IMG/VR virus record: IMGVR_UViG_3300035505_000178 | Length of the DNA: 64,000 nucleotides | Source: a virus | Taxonomy: Duplodnaviria; Caudoviricetes | Strand: one strand, 5' to 3' | Shown here: piece by piece, positions 44,685-58,686 of the stretch | How positions within the stretch are numbered: position 1 is the stretch's first letter | Layout: each line of letters opens with the position of its first letter | Notes under the pieces: generated by a model | The model's input: only the letters and a program-made list of their open reading frames with translations | What the model was told of the DNA's origin: nothing | The model's database searches: none | Program-made: the position numbers and the translations under genes

Positions 44685-47600
44685 TTCATTTTAAGATCTT
44701 TAAAAATTTGTTTATATAAAGATTTAGAAAAATTGTTTAATACTTTAACATTTCTATCTAAAGCTTTATCAGTATATTTAGCAAATCTATTTCCGTTAGC
44801 TATACGTTCTTTTATTTTCTAAACTTCAACGGAGCCTCCATTTTTTGCAACAGAAACTTTTTTATCTCCTATTTCTATACTTGGAGAAGAAGAAGTTGAA
44901 GCAACACTTCTTACACCCGACCATTTAGTATCAGGAATTTTGTAATAAGCTCTAAGCTAACTATTAGTTGCATTAGATATCTTAGTCATAGCTGATCTAA
45001 GAGCAGCCTAATCAGTAGCACTAGTATAATCACTAGGAAGTTTTGTTCCAGAATTTAATTCATTAATGATTCTTTCTTCATCAGAAGTTAAGTCAGAAAT
45101 ATAAGCTTTAGGATTTGCATAAATAGCATCATGAATATCACTCTTAGCAAAACTATCAGCAAGAGCTTCTCTCTTCTGTATGTCTTGTCTTTTATCATAT
45201 TCAAACTGCTTCCAAAGAGTATCCCAAACAGTAGCTCTTTGATTAAGATAACCTAACCAATATTTAAGCTTATTCTATTGTGCAGCGTAAGCATTTTTAG
45301 CGTTAGTGTCTGCTATTTGCCATCTGTTAAGTCTATTATCCTATTCTTGTTGCCAAGATTTTTCACTACTTTCACGAGCTGCTAAATCACTAGTATGTTT
45401 AGCCTATATTTTACCAAGCTCTCCTTGATATGCAGCCTAAAGCTAAGTATTAGTCTAAAGATTACCATCTGAAGTTAAAGGTCTACTTGCTAAACTATGT
45501 AACTATCCAGCAGCTCTTTCTCCTTCTATTTCTGAAAACAAATCACTTGTTATATAACGATGAGCTTCAGTTGGATTTGAAAAGAATGGCTTTTCTCCAG
45601 CTATTGCAGTTCTAGCAATTCTACGATTCTAAGAATCAAGCCATGCTGCTCTAGGTAAAGCATATGCGTAGTTAGGGTCAATTCCTTTATTAATAAAACT
45701 ACTCAATTTATCTTTAATCGAAGTAGTTTCACTTGTTCCAGGTTTTCCCTCTGCAGTGTTTAAATCGGAAGAAGGAACAGGAGATTTTGGGTTTAATATA
45801 CTTTCAGCTAAAGCATTGTCAATAGCAACTAATGTACCATCGTTCTATTTTCCAACATATCCATATTTGCCATTTCCTAAATCAATTTTATGAATACGAT
45901 CAGCTTGATTATTAAATTTATCTTTATAATAATCCATACGTCTTAACCAAGTACTAGAACCAACAGTATCCTCCAAATTATCTTGATAACCAATGTCATA
46001 AACAGATTGTCCGTTTCCACTTCTACCTGCGAACATTTTTCTAAATAACTAATTGTGAGAAGTAGCTCCAGTTTCATCCTAATGATGAGTCTATTTCCAA
46101 TAATTAGTTATAGCATTAGCATTATTATTATATTGCGTAATAAAGTCTTGTAATGAAGCTCCGTTACCATAATTATTATAATAATTCTAAATATCAGAAG
46201 TTACAGCGTCCTTATTACTAACATATGCATCATTTAAAGCATAAGCTTCAGATAAACTTGACGCATTACCATGTTTTTCATTCTTTATATAGTTTCCAGC
46301 TTTTGAGGCATCAAGACTTGGTTTCCACCCTTCTAAGCTTGTCTGTGCGTAAGGGTCGGAATACCAAGTAGGAACCTAAATTCCAGCTTGTGCCTTAATA
46401 ACCCTACCTCCTTTTTTTAATGAACGCAATTCACTATAATTAATCTAACCACCTTGTTTAAATACAATACCGTTATCTTCGAGAAGTTTTTTCCAATTAA
46501 GAGTTACGTTAGGTCTATTTAATTCAGAATTGTTAATAACATAAATTCCATCAGGATTAGTATATCTAACACGATCCTAACCACCTTCGTTAACCCATGT
46601 CGTTCCATAATCGACATTACCGTTATATTTATGGTATTCATCAGAATGGTGAGGCCAAGCTTTCCAGTTATCTAATTCATTCTAAGCGTGTTTAACAGCA
46701 TTATCAGCTTCGTTATATTTAGTTTTGTAATCTCTAAAGAATTTACTAGCTGTTTTATGCTCTTCTCTTAACGCATTATATTTACTTGCAACATTAAGAT
46801 CTTCTCTCCAAGATTCATCAAAATTATAAGTTTTATTAAATCTTGTTAATTGAGATTTATATTTAGTTAATTCTCGTTTAGCATTTTGATATTCGATTGT
46901 GAGTTTATTTCTTTTATTATTATAAACTACTCCACCTTTCCCTTGAATTTTATTTATTTCTGCTTCAATAGCCTTTAACTTACTAGTAACGTTATTAATA
47001 TTAGAAGTTATTTGGTCATGTTGAACTAGCAACTCTTTAGAAGCTCCAGAATTAGTTAATCTTAATTGAGCCTGTTCAGCCTTTTTAAGTTCGGCATTAA
47101 TTTCTCTTAAAGTACGTTTTCCTTTAATTGTTGCTTCTAATGCAGATTTATTATCAGTAGCAGTTTTTAAATTCTATTCTAACTCTTTTCCTATATTTGA
47201 TACTCTTTCATTTCCTGCCTTTAATTCATCAATCATTTTCTATTGCTTATCATTAGCCTTTTTTATGTTCTCAGAGTTAATAAATCCATCGTCGACTTTT
47301 TTGTCAGCTTTCCAAAATCCTTCTTCTGTAGTATATCCTTCTTTGTTACTTTCATAGACTTTTCTAGCTTTAACTTTTGGATCACGTCTAAAAGGAGATC
47401 TAATTTCTCCTTCAGACCAAGGTTTTTGAACATGCCAAAATGTTTTAGAATTAGGAATAACTTCAAAGTCTTTAAGTTCGTCGTATTTCTTTATTATATC
47501 ATTTATTTTTTTAGGATCACCCTCAGCAGCTTTAATAGCTTCTGCGTCCTCTCCACTAAATGCTTTTGTAACAACTTTTCCGTTTTTATTTTTAAAGCTT

Positions 47601-49690
47601 AAACCTATTACATTTTCACCGTCAACTTTAACACTTGCTGTATTTTTTCTATTTGGAAGATAAGCTTTTCCATTACTTCTATTAATTCCACGTTTAACTC
47701 CAGCACTTCCTCCTATCACTGTTTTGATTGCTTGTGAATAATTGCGGAAATCTTCTGTTGTTATATCTTTAAAATCTCCGTTAGTAAGTTTAGAAAAAGA
47801 TTTTGATATTTCTCCTAAATTTCCTACAGTACCTAGAGTATTCAGTGTAGCCATTATTCTAGGAACATAACGAACAAGTGATTTAGCTATTTTCCAACCT
47901 TTACTAGTAACACCTCCTCCAGGAATTAATCCTATAGTATCCATTCCAAGATTTAACCCGAAATTTCCAAGATCTTTCAGTTGAAATCCGTCTTCTTTAA
48001 TATCAGCAAATAAATTAGTCAAAGAAGATGCTGCTCCTGTTGCTGCAGAACCTATAGTTCCATATCCTGGAGCCTAAGCCGCTAATACTGAAATAACATC
48101 AAGCCCCATTCCTGTTAATCTTGCTATATCGGCAGCTGACCAATCATCACTAATTTTTTTATTATCTCGTTTATATTGTTCATAAGTTTTTCCAGATTCA
48201 GCGGCATTAAACTCATCTGCTTTTCTAATTAAATCAGCTGTACTTTCAAAATTGCCACCAAGCTGAAATTTAATTACACCACCTTCTTTTTTATAATAAG
48301 CAGAAGCTCCTTGATCCTCAGTACTATTTATAACTTTATTCCATTCGTCCTCAATATCTCCTACAAATCGAGTTTCAAGTCTTTTTAAAGAAGGATTATA
48401 TACCAATCTGGCGTTATTTTTCTCTATATTTGATCCAGGCATAGGAATATAATATAATTCTTCTCCGTTTTTACTTGTAATTTTACGAGAACCTCCTGAA
48501 TTAATTATATGAGTAATAAGTTGATTTTTATATTGGTTGATATTATTCCTATAGAAATTTGTTGAATCCTAATTAAGTTTTCCGTTAGTGCTTATATAAG
48601 CATAATTATTAAGAAACAAGTATCTTAAATTATCATAATTAATTTTAGAATCAAGTTTCTTTATAAAATCATTAGTAAATTTAATTGAATCAAAATTTCC
48701 ATTGTTATCGTAGTCATGAATAATTTCTGCTCCTTCTCCCCAATATTTACCTTTATAATTACTTTTTGCAAAAGTATTATATAAGTTATCAATTTTAGCT
48801 CTTCGTTCAGCTTCCTTTTTATCAGCATCTTCTTTTTCTTTTTTAGCCTTAGCTTCCTCTTCTTGAGCTTTTATTTGTTCCTCAGTAAGTTCTGGGTTTT
48901 CTTTCTAACTAAAAAACATTTCATAAAACTCTGGAGAAATACCTGCTTTTTGCAAAGAAATTAAATCGTCATCATCCCAGTTACCATTGCTAAGATTATC
49001 AATAGCAGAATTAAGAGAACTTAAATAATTATCTTTAGAACCAAAAGTACTATCGTCATATTTATATTCTTTTAAATTATCACGATACTATTTTAATTCT
49101 TCTGCTAAAAATGCAGCACGATTAGCTCTACTACGTGTTCCATTCTCAAATTTATCTTTATTAAGGAATGGAGTTAAATCCATTTTACCACCAGTAGGAT
49201 TATATTTATTATTAAAATAAGTAGTAAATCCATGCTTTGTTAAATCAAAGTTATCAGTGGTATTTTCTTCTTCTTTTTTATCAGTATTTCTTACTTTTTC
49301 AGCTAAAGCTTTACCTATAATATTAAAGTAAGAAGAAGCTTCTCTATTTGCGTTAAATTTAGTATATCCTTTTTGCTACTTCTTTTTTAACTAATTGTAA
49401 GCAGCAGTATCTATTCTGTTTCCATTGCTATCGTAATAATAATCCTCTCCGTTATTTATTACTCCTTGTGTATCTGTGATTGTTCCTAAGCTATTAGTGC
49501 TAAAACGATTAGATTCAGAATCTAATTGACCTTTATATTCATTCAATAGATTGTTAAAACTTTTACCAAAATCATCTTTCTAAGCCTAAGTCCAATTTTG
49601 GGAATCAATGTAATTCTATACATTTGTTCCAAGATTATGAATATAATCTTTTAATTCAAATTCGTCTTCACCAAATTTATATTTTGCCAT
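44681..49690 (-). CDS. putative internal/ejection protein F (~1669 aa, TAG read through), coiled-coil with Gly/Ala-rich hydrophobic segments
   Basis: Four fragments in frame from MAKYKFG to ...LKMK-TGA; several K-x-G-G motifs. Confidence 0.8.
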
Positions 49691-49709
49691 AAATTAAAAT
49701 TGTATATAT

Positions 49710-49745
49710 AAAAAATGCGGAAATGTTAATAACACTCCCGCATCT
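49710..49745 (-). terminator. intrinsic terminator after the small Gln-rich gene
   Basis: Minus strand ATGCGGGAGTGTT-ATT-AACATTTCCGCAT followed by a T run. Confidence 0.75.
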
Positions 49746-49750
49746 TTGAA

Positions 49751-49984
49751 TCAAATTCGTCTCAACAGTTTTCCGCCCTTGCGATATACGGGTTGCTCTG
49801 CTGGAGCCTCTTCTGGTGCCTGTTGACCACCACCGCCACCACCACTAGCGGCTTCTACTAATGCCTGACATACCTGCAAAGCAGTTTGACAATCTTGTGA
49901 TTGAACAGCTTGAGCAGCTGCTTGAATTAATTGTTGCATTGGGTCACCCATTTGACCACCTTCTTGAAATTTCTTAAACTTCAT
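49751..49984 (-). CDS. small Gln/Ala/Gly-rich putative virion protein G (77 aa)
   Basis: KFQEGG ... YRKGGKL; AT-rich leader and own terminator; GC-richer codons. Confidence 0.85.
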   Translation of the reverse strand: MKFKKFQEGGQMGDPMQQLIQAAAQAVQSQDCQTALQVCQALVEAASGGGGGGQQAPEEAPAEQPVYRKGGKLLRRI

Positions 49985-50080
49985 AATTTTTAATAAATAA
50001 TTTTAACTAGTTAATAATCTAAAAATATTATGTACAATAAATACATATAAAATCTAGAAAAACAAAATATTATTTAAAGA

Positions 50081-50710
50081 TTATTCTTTTGATTCTTCTT
50101 TATTGTTTTGTTCTTTATCTTCGGGTCCTTCAACATACTAAGGTGTTTGATTATCCTGTTTACGTATTTCTTTAAACATTCTTTTACCAAGACGTCTACA
50201 AATTTTATCATACTCTTCAGAATTATCTTTAACTTTTTCTGCTTTCTTTACCCATTTTAACATTTGTAAAGTAGATATTCTACTAAAAATTCTTTCTCCT
50301 CCTTGTAGCAACATTTGAGTTGTACCATCTGGAGCAAGAACTTTCATTTTATATTTATTTAAATCTTCATCGTCATCTATTTCAAAATCGTCTCCAACTT
50401 TAATTCCAGAATCTGAATTGACTTCTAATATCCACTTAACATTAGCAAAAGGAACTAAATCCTCACTTTCAGGAATAGCTCTAAAAACTTGAGTTACCTC
50501 TCCGTCTTCATTGATTCCAATCTAATCGAGCTAAATAGAAGTATCTTTCATCCACATTTCTCGTCTACCTTCTTCTTTCCATTCGAATAACATTCCTTCG
50601 TCAGCAGGTAAACTTTTAACTCCCATTAATCCTTTTTTTCGATCTTCATCAGTTTTTGCTAATTGACAATTATATTCTTTTTCTCCAATTATTACTTTAA
50701 CGCGATCCAT
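50081..50710 (-). CDS. DUF192-domain protein H with an extra C-terminal domain (~209 aa, TAG read through)
   Basis: AKTDEDRKKGLM...LPADEGMLF...MWMKDT..LD..., WILEVN; in frame with fragment 50138..50347. Confidence 0.82.
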
Positions 50711-50755
50711 TTCTTTTGATTAATTTTCAGTCTAAAACTTCTTTTATATTTAGTA

Positions 50756-51364
50756 TCATGAATTTGCGTATTTAAGTCTTAAATCAAAGTGTGCAGATGC
50801 AGGAGCAGGTCTTTCAAACTAATCCTAAAATATTCTAGTTGCTTCTTCTACACTCTTAGAATTTCTAAGCTAATCTAATACTTTCTTATAAGGACCATTT
50901 AATTCTTCCCATAAATAATCTAATTGATTATCTAATGTTGGACTAGAACCGTATTTGTTAAACAAGTTGTTCATTCTATCGTTATACCATTGAGCAATTC
51001 CATAAGAATGTCCATTATCTCCTCTGTTATCAATACGACCTGATGATTCTTGCATTAAATTACCATAGATTCCTCTTACAGCATAATCATTATCTAATCC
51101 TTTACCTTTAAGATAGTCAAAAACTTTTGTTCTAAATTCAGAATTATTTCCAATAGAAGTTGTAGCAGGAGCTGTATATCTCCATCCCTAAAAACCAGAA
51201 ACTGTATTATCTTCAGATTTCTTAGTTTCTTTTTTCTTTTCAGTGTTTGAAAAGTACTATTTCATTCTGTCATAAGGTTTATCTACTTCTACTTTCTTGG
51301 TAAAATCTGTTGTATCTACAGGTCTTACGTTTTCATAAGACACAAATAACTTATCTAGATCCAT
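50756..51364 (-). CDS. phage tail lysozyme (Phage_lysozyme2-like) protein I (~202 aa, TAG read through)
   Basis: GIYGNLMQES, SYGIAQW...R, QLDYLWEEL, FERP...R..YA. Confidence 0.85.
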
Positions 51365-52565
51365 CATCTATTGTTTTTAATAAACCTGTCTTATCTAAAG
51401 TATTGTGTAATATTTCATCTACTAATAATCTACCAGCTTCTATTGCAGCTTTATCAGAGCCATCTTCACATAATTCCTCAAGTTTTTTAGTGACTTCTAA
51501 ATTAAAGATAATTTCATTTCTTTCAATTTCACATTGTTGATTACCATTATTGTCAATTACAGGAATACCTTTTTTAGTAATATTCTCTGCATTATCCATA
51601 TGATGTAAATTAACATGTAAAGCCCCTTCTGGAATTATATTCTTCTAATCTGATAATCTTCCTCCATCCTTACAAAGTTGTATAATAGGAGTAAATGTAA
51701 TAGTTCCACCAGTTTTAAATTCAATGGTTTCTTCAATTTCTGGAATCTCTTCTGGGACAGGAGTAATAATAGGAACAAACTATTTCTAAAAAGTAATAGG
51801 AGCTTTAATACCTGCTGCAATCATTTTAGCTCTTCTTATTTTCATTCCAGATTTACCTACATATATAGAACCAATACCTCCATTCATTTCAGAATTATAT
51901 TTTATATAATTAAGATTGTTTACATTAGCCAACATGTCCTAATTATTATCATTAATTTCTGCAATATCAGATTCTGTATTCTTTGCATTACCAATTCTTT
52001 TGTTCCATTTCTTTCTTTTAAGAAGTCCAGAATTAACTCCTGCATGAGCTTCTGCATCATATATATCAGAGTAAGATCCTCTATAACCTCCTCCCATATT
52101 TGATGCAACTTCTTGATTAACTTTAAAATCATCTGTTTTACCAGAAGTCGCAATATTAAATCCTGTAAAGGCAAGCCCTAATCCTCTTGTATATTTATTA
52201 CTATTAAGAACAGTATTCATAGTATTATAACCTGAAGAATTACTAATTTTAGAATCCATATAGTTTGCTCCAGCATACATTAAATTGTTAAAACCAGTTG
52301 CTACAGAACCTATCATATCCTTATTCTTAGTAATAAATCCATTCTCTCCTAAAAGTCCCGTACCCTATTCTCTAGTCTATAACTGACTACTTCCATTCTA
52401 TTGATCTCCTCCCTATTGACTGGAAGCATCAGTGCTTCCAGTCATATTTGAGAAGTTTGTAAATCCAAATAGTCCTTGTAATCCGTTGTTATTTCCAAAG
52501 AAATTGTTTCCATATTTCTATGTATAAAAACCATCAATAGTACTACTTAATAAATTTTCTCCCAT
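51351..52565 (-). CDS. putative virion protein J (~404 aa, TAG read through)
   Basis: Joins fragments 51939..52316 and 51351..51599 in frame; IPEGALH...GIPVI...EIERNEIIF. Confidence 0.8.
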
Positions 52566-52566
52566 T

Positions 52567-55500
52567 TTATACGTATGATTGTTTATATATTGTTTTCACA
52601 AAATCAATTATTGCTAATTCATCACCTGTGTATCTAATTCTGATTTTTATAAATCTATCTCGCACATCAACTTCTTTTCTATTATGAGCTTCTCCAAAAT
52701 TATATTTATAAATTCCAACATCATTCAACCAATTAGATGTATCTAATGGTAAATTACTTGTTCCTTTATTAAAATCATCGAGTGAATATAATCCATATAA
52801 AGCATTATCTTCACCTTCTCCAGTACTAGTATTAGGAAATTCTATTGAACCTTTCTCTAAAACCTAATCTGGAATAGGAGAATTATAAATAGGTAAAGAT
52901 GGAATTTTATCAGTAGATCCATCTCTTGTTGCCCAAGTAGAATTATAAGGAGAAATCAAAACAGAATTAGCAAGTTTTCTTTCATACTCATTTTTGTAAC
53001 AAACTAAAATAGGATTAATTGTTACTCTCCATTTATCCTCTAAATATTGACAATTAGCGGCAATAATAGATCTTGAACTATCCTAATCTAAATCATCAAG
53101 GTCTACAGCCATTGCATGATTCCAGATTCTAAATTCTTGTCTATTAGAATAATAAACAACTTCTGCTCCAGACAGATGCCTATAATCATAATTCTCAGGA
53201 TAAGTTACATGTAAATAATAATCCTCAATATCATTTATAGTATCTTGTCTAGCATAGTAACGTTTTGGTAAATCTGCAGATTTAGGTTGTTGTCTAGTTT
53301 GAACCTTTAAGAAATTACGGTCATAAACTATATCCGCTCCATTGTATTGCCATAATGCCTTCATTGCTTCCTATCTAAAGAACATATTAACTTTATCTTT
53401 AGCAAAGTCATAAGTTTCACCAACTACTTCATAATGGAATGATTCAGGTTGTGCTTTATTAGCAATAATTTCAATATTAGTAAATATCTTGTGTATAGAA
53501 GGATCGTTAACTACTACAAACTCAAATTCAAAAGGATGTTGTTTACCATACCAATAAGTAGGATAAATGTCGTCTGTAATATCAATAATTCCAGCTTGTC
53601 CGTGTTTCCAGAAATCTGTAGATAAGAACTACATATTCCACTCTGGCATTATAGCTACAACTGATTCGTACTATCCAGCATCAATTAAGTTAGTTCCTGA
53701 ATTATAACTTGCTTTCAAATTATAATATTCATTACTTAAACTTCCAACATTTACGGTATCTAATATCTTAATTTCAGCTTTGATATTTAATAATGTAACT
53801 ATTTTGTCTGGATTAATCATCTCATCACGAGGTAATGTAACACGTTTACCAGTTAAGTCTTTAAATATTGGTAAGTCAGTATATACTTTCTTAGAGCCTT
53901 CTGTAGGATCAGCTTGTTGAACAACCCAGTGATAAGCTAAAGGAATACCATGAACCATAGGAGTTCCATCAGAATACCAAGAAATTAAACTCTCAATTTG
54001 TCCAAGAGTTGTACAAGGATAAGGAGTTTTTCTAGGAATACCATTATAATTACCATTTGCATCAACCTCACTAGCAGCATTTCCAATCTCACAATTTAAA
54101 TCAAGATTAGGATTATTATACAAAGCATGAAGATTTGTTAAATATAATTCATGTATTTCTTCTTCTGATTTACCTTCCATTTCTTCAGCACTAGGAACAT
54201 ATCCACACCACATATCTTTCCAGTTTCCTTCATATGGATTGTAAGTATATACACCTTTAATAGTAGTACTAAGCTTATTAATATCAGAATCAGCATAAAT
54301 ATTACCTGCAATATTACGATAGTAAAGTTCAGATATTATTGAATCAGGATTATATTTAGATTCATAAGTATAGATTTTTTCACTATTCTCATCAAAGATT
54401 TCTAAATAATTATTTCCATCGTTATGTAATACAGAAGTATATTCATCACCTCCAGATCTGAAATAAAGTCCATAAATAGGAACATTATTTCCTGCATATT
54501 TAGCATCATCAGGTAACATCTAATATCCTATTAACTTAACTTCAAAATTCTTATAATTACCATAACTATCTCTCTAAAGAGTGTATGATATTGTATAGAA
54601 CATAGAAGAATCAGGAACAGTTCTATTACTTAAAGATAATGCTCCAATATAACAAGCTCTTTTATCTTCTGGAATTGTATATAAAATAGTTTTAGTATTT
54701 CCTGCTGTATCTACATATTCAATGTTTACATTGAAATTATCTACAGCATAATCGTTAGAATCTAAATAGTTATTAACTACGTTATTAGTTAAAGTGATTC
54801 CATCAGCAAATGAATTTTCAGCGTGGCTTGTTCCTAATTTTGCAATCCATTTAGAAGTATTTCTATCAAATGAGAATGGAACATTATTTATATTTTCCAT
54901 ATAACTAGGAACCCAACTATAGAAAGTAATAAATTTCTAAAGTAATTCATTCCAGCATAAATTCCAAACTTTTTCTTCAAAGCCATAAGTGTTATCATAG
55001 AATGTAAACATTACATCTTGCTTATTAGCATTATATAAAGTTTTAACATTACGAATACCTATGATAGGAGTAAGTTCTCTTTCACCTAATGAAATGTTAT
55101 TATTTAAAAATTCTTGTACTCTAAAGTCTGAAATACATTCAAGAGAATTTCCATCAGTACGCCAAATCTTCTTTGCGACAGTATCTACACCATAAATTAA
55201 TGATGAAGAATTTCCACTTTTTCCTGGGACTTTGAGGACACTTTCAGCCCATTGACTACCAAACATATCTGAAATGATTTTCGGATTGTCTGGAAGCACG
55301 TTAGAGGTGTTTATGAACACATTTCCACCTTGTCCTTCTCCAGCAACTGCTCTTTCGTTAACAGGTATCAAAGCAACTCCATGTTCAAAAACACAAAGTA
55401 AACTTGATTCTAATGGAACTAGTTTAACAATATCACCATATTCTCTAGTATAATCACGATAATGATTACTTTGGAATACTCTATAACCATTTTTGTAAGC

Positions 55501-58500
55501 ATCATTAACATGAATATCAGAATACATAATTCTAGTACCAAACCAATTTTTAATATAAGGAACATCTGGAATCTCAAAATTCCAACGTTCACTTAAATTA
55601 CTTGCAAATCCTTTATTATAGATTGCAGAATCAGGTTTCTTATAAGTGCCATCTGTAGACATAGGTAAATATGGATAATAACCTCTAGGGGATCCTGACA
55701 TTGCAGTTTCATCGACATAAGAACCATCTGTAGATCTAATATTTAAATTGTTACTAGAACGAATTTTAAATGTAATCCACATACCGAGTTTAACTGCATT
55801 AACATCACCTGAATTTATATTAGCATATTTTTCAGAATTACTGGGATCATAGTTATCTCTCCAAGTATCTTCATCAATAATATCATCATTATATGGAGCA
55901 GAAGGATCATTAAAATTACGATTTACTCTATGTGTAAATTGACAAATATAACAATCTCCTCTGTAAACATTATATTGTTGAGTTGCATTTTTAATACTAA
56001 TTCTGTCAGATATAGCATAGAACGTAGAATGATCATCCATTCTTATTTTGAAGTATTCTCTTGTTTTACTTTCATCATATCCAGGAGTCATAATATCAAC
56101 AATCTAAGCAGGATACTTAGGATAATTAATCATTCCAATATATGGTCCAAATGAACCTCTAATTATATCAGAATTAGTTTTCTTATCATCTTCATCATCA
56201 AATTTAGTTCCAACCTATTCATATTTATATGCTTCCTCTGCTTCTCCTGCTCTACTTCTAAATTTATTTTCTTCTAATCCAACACATTTAACATTGTCTT
56301 CAACAGAAATCAATTTAACTTTACTTGAAGTTGAAGTAGAAGCATTATAATAAGATGGAAAATAAAAATGATTTTCATCATTTGTAAAATAATTAGAAGA
56401 GTATCCAGTCAATCCATTTATACACTGAACTCTAGAACTCTTAACTGTAAATTCTCCGCCTGTAAATATTTGATTATAGTAAGGTTGATTTACTTCAAAG
56501 TCAGGACAAACTATTGCTGAAACAGTATTAACTGTATTATCTTTAATAATAACTCTATCTCTAAAGTTATCACTAATTTTTCTAGAATCGTTTATTTCAG
56601 AACGCTTATATCCAGTAGGAATTTTAGTTTCTCGTCCATTTAATTTTTTAGAATTTAATGCTCTAGATGTAGCTAACCTTACTTCATCTGCAATAGCTAC
56701 TACTGAAGCTGTTACTGCTACTGTTGCAGCGGTAGCAACTGCAGCTCCTACTGTTACACACGCAGCTGCACCAGCTGCTCCTATAGCTCCTGTTAAACCA
56801 GCTAACAACCCAGCCTCTAATACTGCAGCTCCACCTAAAGTAACTATAGATCCTACAACACCTGCTACAACAATCGCAAGTCCAGCTGCAATTTTACCAA
56901 TTTTCTTCCAAATACTAGATGATTTAGCTTTTAAAGTAAACTAAAATCTATCAAGAAATCCTTCTGAGATATAATTGACATCATATATATCATTAGTTTC
57001 TACATAAGTACTTTCATCTAAAGAAGAAGCTAATTCTTCTAGAAATCCACCTTGTGTAGGAATTGTAGGAGTGTGAGATACATTATCTAATCCTAATGTA
57101 ACACCTTGAGCTAATACTTTAGGTATTCTTTTCTATCTTACAAAGAAATAACCTTTAACATATTTACTTAATGTTTTTAAATTTTCCTCTGAAGTTCTTA
57201 TATCAAAACTATAAACTTTATCAACATATTCTGAAGCTTTTAATGTTACAACACCTTTAGCATTCTCAAATGTAGCAGAAGAATTTGTATTATCTTCAGG
57301 AGGAATTAAATAATAATCATCGTCATAATTTATTAAGGTATCTGTTTCATCAGGATTATAACTAGGATAATTATAATATTGAGCATCGTTAGATTCGTCA
57401 TCATCTAATTTATTACCTTCATCAAAAGCTTCAATCTAATCTCTACCACGAATATTAAATACTGGAGTTAATTCTCCATTTGGAAGAATATAAACAATAC
57501 CTAATCTGTATATTTCATCATTCCAATATCCAACATTATTATAAATATATAATGGATCGTAATAACCTTTACTTGATGAAGTAATAAGATATTGCTAATC
57601 TATTTGTAAAGGATATATCTCTTCTTTTAAATAAGGCAAGAACCTTAAAGATAACTAAGTTAAAGCTTCATAAGGAATTTCAGGTTTATGAACATTTCCC
57701 AAGAATAACATATTCTAACAAGTAGCACTTGTTTCTGCAGCATCAACTATATTATAATTAAGATTTATTTCATCTGCTCCAATATCAGAAGAATCTTCAA
57801 ATCCATTTATTAAAACATAACCTAAATTAGCATTGCTAATTGGAAATTTTTTATCTATCTTCTTATATTCTGTTTGATTATTATCTCCATCTTCTGCAAG
57901 ACATCTAGAATAATAAACGGTAACATAATTATAAGAAGTATCTCCATTAGATATTAAGAATTTAACTTGTTTATAAGTATTCTCATTTTTATTACCTGTT
58001 CGTGAAGAAAATGGTCCAACATCTCCAATAAATAAAGATACTAATCCAGATTCTCCAACAAAATCTGTTTCGTTTCCATCAGCGTCACAAAATTTAAAAT
58101 AAAAATGATAATTGCCACATTTTAAATTACCACCAGAATAAACACCTAAAAATTCAATAGTAGGAATATTAATTACACGTTTATATAAAGAAGTATCTAT
58201 TTCAAACTAACTTCCCTAATCGTATATATTAGTATCATTATTTCCTTTTCTATCTACAATTTCATAAGTATTTTTTCCAGTTGCACTAAATCTACTATTA
58301 ATTAATCTAGGAGGATTTAATCCATCATTTAATATAAGATTAACAGAACCATCATAACTATATTGAGGAACTATATTTACAGGATGATCTAATGAAAAAG
58401 ATAATTCGTCAGTATCAAAATCAATAAGTTGTCCTTTTTCATACAATTCTGGAACATTATCATCAGTTAATCCAATCCAAGTACTATCATCTTCACTTAA

Positions 58501-58686
58501 AGTAATTCCACACTCGGATTCTAATTCGTCTTTTGTATAATATTTTTCCTTGTAATAATATTTATTTTCTGATAATCTATAATTTCTAAATGGATTATAT
58601 TCATAGACTAATTTACCTTTAGTAGGTAAAGTATTAGTCTACAAATTAAATGTCATAGGATTTAATAATATTTTACTCCAACTCAT
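52567..58686 (-). CDS. tail stabilization/muzzle-like protein K (~2039 aa, TAG read through)
   Basis: Six fragments in frame; NDGLNPPRLIN, GYWNDEIYRLGIVY, RGDCYI, RIMYSD, C-terminal RDRFIKIRIRY, resembling crAss P22 gp10-like tail proteins. Confidence 0.78.
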
